A DNA stretch of 64,000 bases from Chloroflexaceae bacterium (GTDB lineage Bacteria; Chloroflexota; Chloroflexia; Chloroflexales; Chloroflexaceae). This document shows positions 63,375 through 64,000 of the stretch, one piece after another. The notes under the pieces were generated by a model, which searched no databases, was not told the origin of the DNA, and worked only from the letters and a program-made list of their open reading frames with translations. The stretch spans positions 55,107 through 119,106 of the forward strand of contig DAOTUI010000072.1 of assembly GCA_034437035.1 (NCBI GenBank), written 5' to 3'. The position numbers and the translations under genes were made by a program. Numbering within the stretch: the first letter of the stretch is position 1; the number at the start of each line of letters is the position of its first letter.

Positions 63375-63569
63375 CATGCGTTACACGAGCCTATGTTCAA
63401 TGGGGAATGGCGCCTCTAGCCGGACCGAAGAAACCCGCTTTTTCACAAAAATGTTGCACTTTATGCAACATTTTTGTGAAAAAAGATCAAAATGTACCAC
63501 GCTGCCGCAGGCCAAGACTGCCTTTGTGGATGTACATGTCTGATTTGTATGCCCATTGCGTAACTCGTA
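63375..63569 (+). mobile_element. MITE-like repeat copy G (5' arm decayed)
   Basis: Central 20-bp perfect palindrome at 63439-63483. The 3' arm GTACCACGCTGCCGCAGGCCAA is present. TIRs are degenerate (CATGCGTTACACGAG / ATTGCGTAACTCGTA). Confidence 0.75.
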
Positions 63570-63660
63570 TATGTGAAACAGCAGAGCGCGTTGAAGAGGG
63601 AAAATTCTCCAGGGGATGTTGCCGGTAAGGACGTGCGGCTGCGCGTCCGCCTCATTTTGG

Positions 63661-63711
63661 CAGGAGTTACCTGGTACGGTCTGTTCCGTCCTGATGACCG
63701 CGTAACTCCGG
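63661..63711. mobile_element. Mini-derivative consisting of the two TIRs only (internal deletion)
   Basis: CAGGAGTTACCTGGT ... ACCGCGTAACTCCGG are separated by 21 bp. A further TIR fragment GTAACTTGTGTGA follows. Confidence 0.45.
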
Positions 63712-63812
63712 TAACTTGTGTGACAGTAAAATGGATAAAGAAAAGAAATACAACCAGGAAAAACCTGCACAGAGCACGAGCAAGGTCTTCCTGGTTGTAG
63801 AGGTGCAGACTG

Positions 63813-64000
63813 CTAGAGCGGGCTTTCGGCGACCCGGCCGCTGTGGTTGCGTGGTGCAGAGTAGACCGCTTCGCCGTCGCCTTCCGGTTCGCTGTAGGTG
63901 TTGGCAACCAGATCTTCGCCCAGGGCAATCTGGTTTGAGGTGGCAACGGACCAGGCCATTGTCGCATCAAGCAGATTTTCGATCAGGGGCACCCAGGCTT
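63813..64000 (-). CDS. 3' end of an unidentified gene running off the window
   Basis: Minus-strand frame is open from the window edge to TAG (63813-63815). Translation reads ...AWVPLIENLLDATMAWSVATSNQIALGEDLVANTYSEPEGDGEAVYSAPRNHSGRVAESPL. Codon usage matches neighbouring genes. It is absent from the ORF track because the start lies outside the window. Confidence 0.5.
   Translation of the reverse strand, partial: AWVPLIENLLDATMAWSVATSNQIALGEDLVANTYSEPEGDGEAVYSAPRNHSGRVAESPL

Overview
High-GC chromosomal window with about 45 protein genes and one tRNA. The gene content suggests a Chloroflexota (Chloroflexales-like) genome: ELWxxDGT-repeat and WD40 lipoproteins with Pro/Thr linkers, BtpA, multi-GAF signalling proteins. 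This assignment is inference only. Most genes are housekeeping: tandem lspA paralogs-rluD, mdh, rsmA, gltB-gltD, hisS, ribF, rsmI, ctpA-like protease, a DEAD-box helicase, sirtuin, CCA-adding enzyme family and tRNA-Val(GAC). I saw no rRNA, CRISPR array, transposase, integrase or phage genes. The unusual content is mostly non-coding. (1) A MITE-like repeat family of about 190-227 bp has at least 9 full and at least 5 partial copies. It has terminal inverted repeats, and three copies have perfect 7-bp target-site duplications. Each copy carries a 20-24 bp perfect central palindrome whose sequence differs between copies by changes mirrored on both arms. Copies cluster at 50.9-63.7 kb. (2) A compound tandem array of about 455 bp (13-bp units plus 11-bp punctuation units) lies at 34.4-34.9 kb, next to a perfect 34-36 nt palindrome. 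(3) There is a REP-like GGGACGCGC/GCGCGTCCC hairpin family, plus degenerate heptamer/octamer microsatellites in intergenic DNA. (4) An accessory patch at 54.2-58.6 kb holds a convergent, 3'-overlapping type II restriction-modification (R-M) pair. Its beta-class DPPY methyltransferase is translationally coupled to a Phd/YefM antitoxin-like gene with no toxin partner. A MarR plus two SAM-methyltransferase module follows. Also notable are a 5'-truncated substrate-binding fusion gene with a solo repeat end at the truncation point, an orphan two-gene cassette with triple direct repeats, and an ORF-free gap of about 1 kb. All coordinates and motifs were read by eye. No database search or folding calculation was run.
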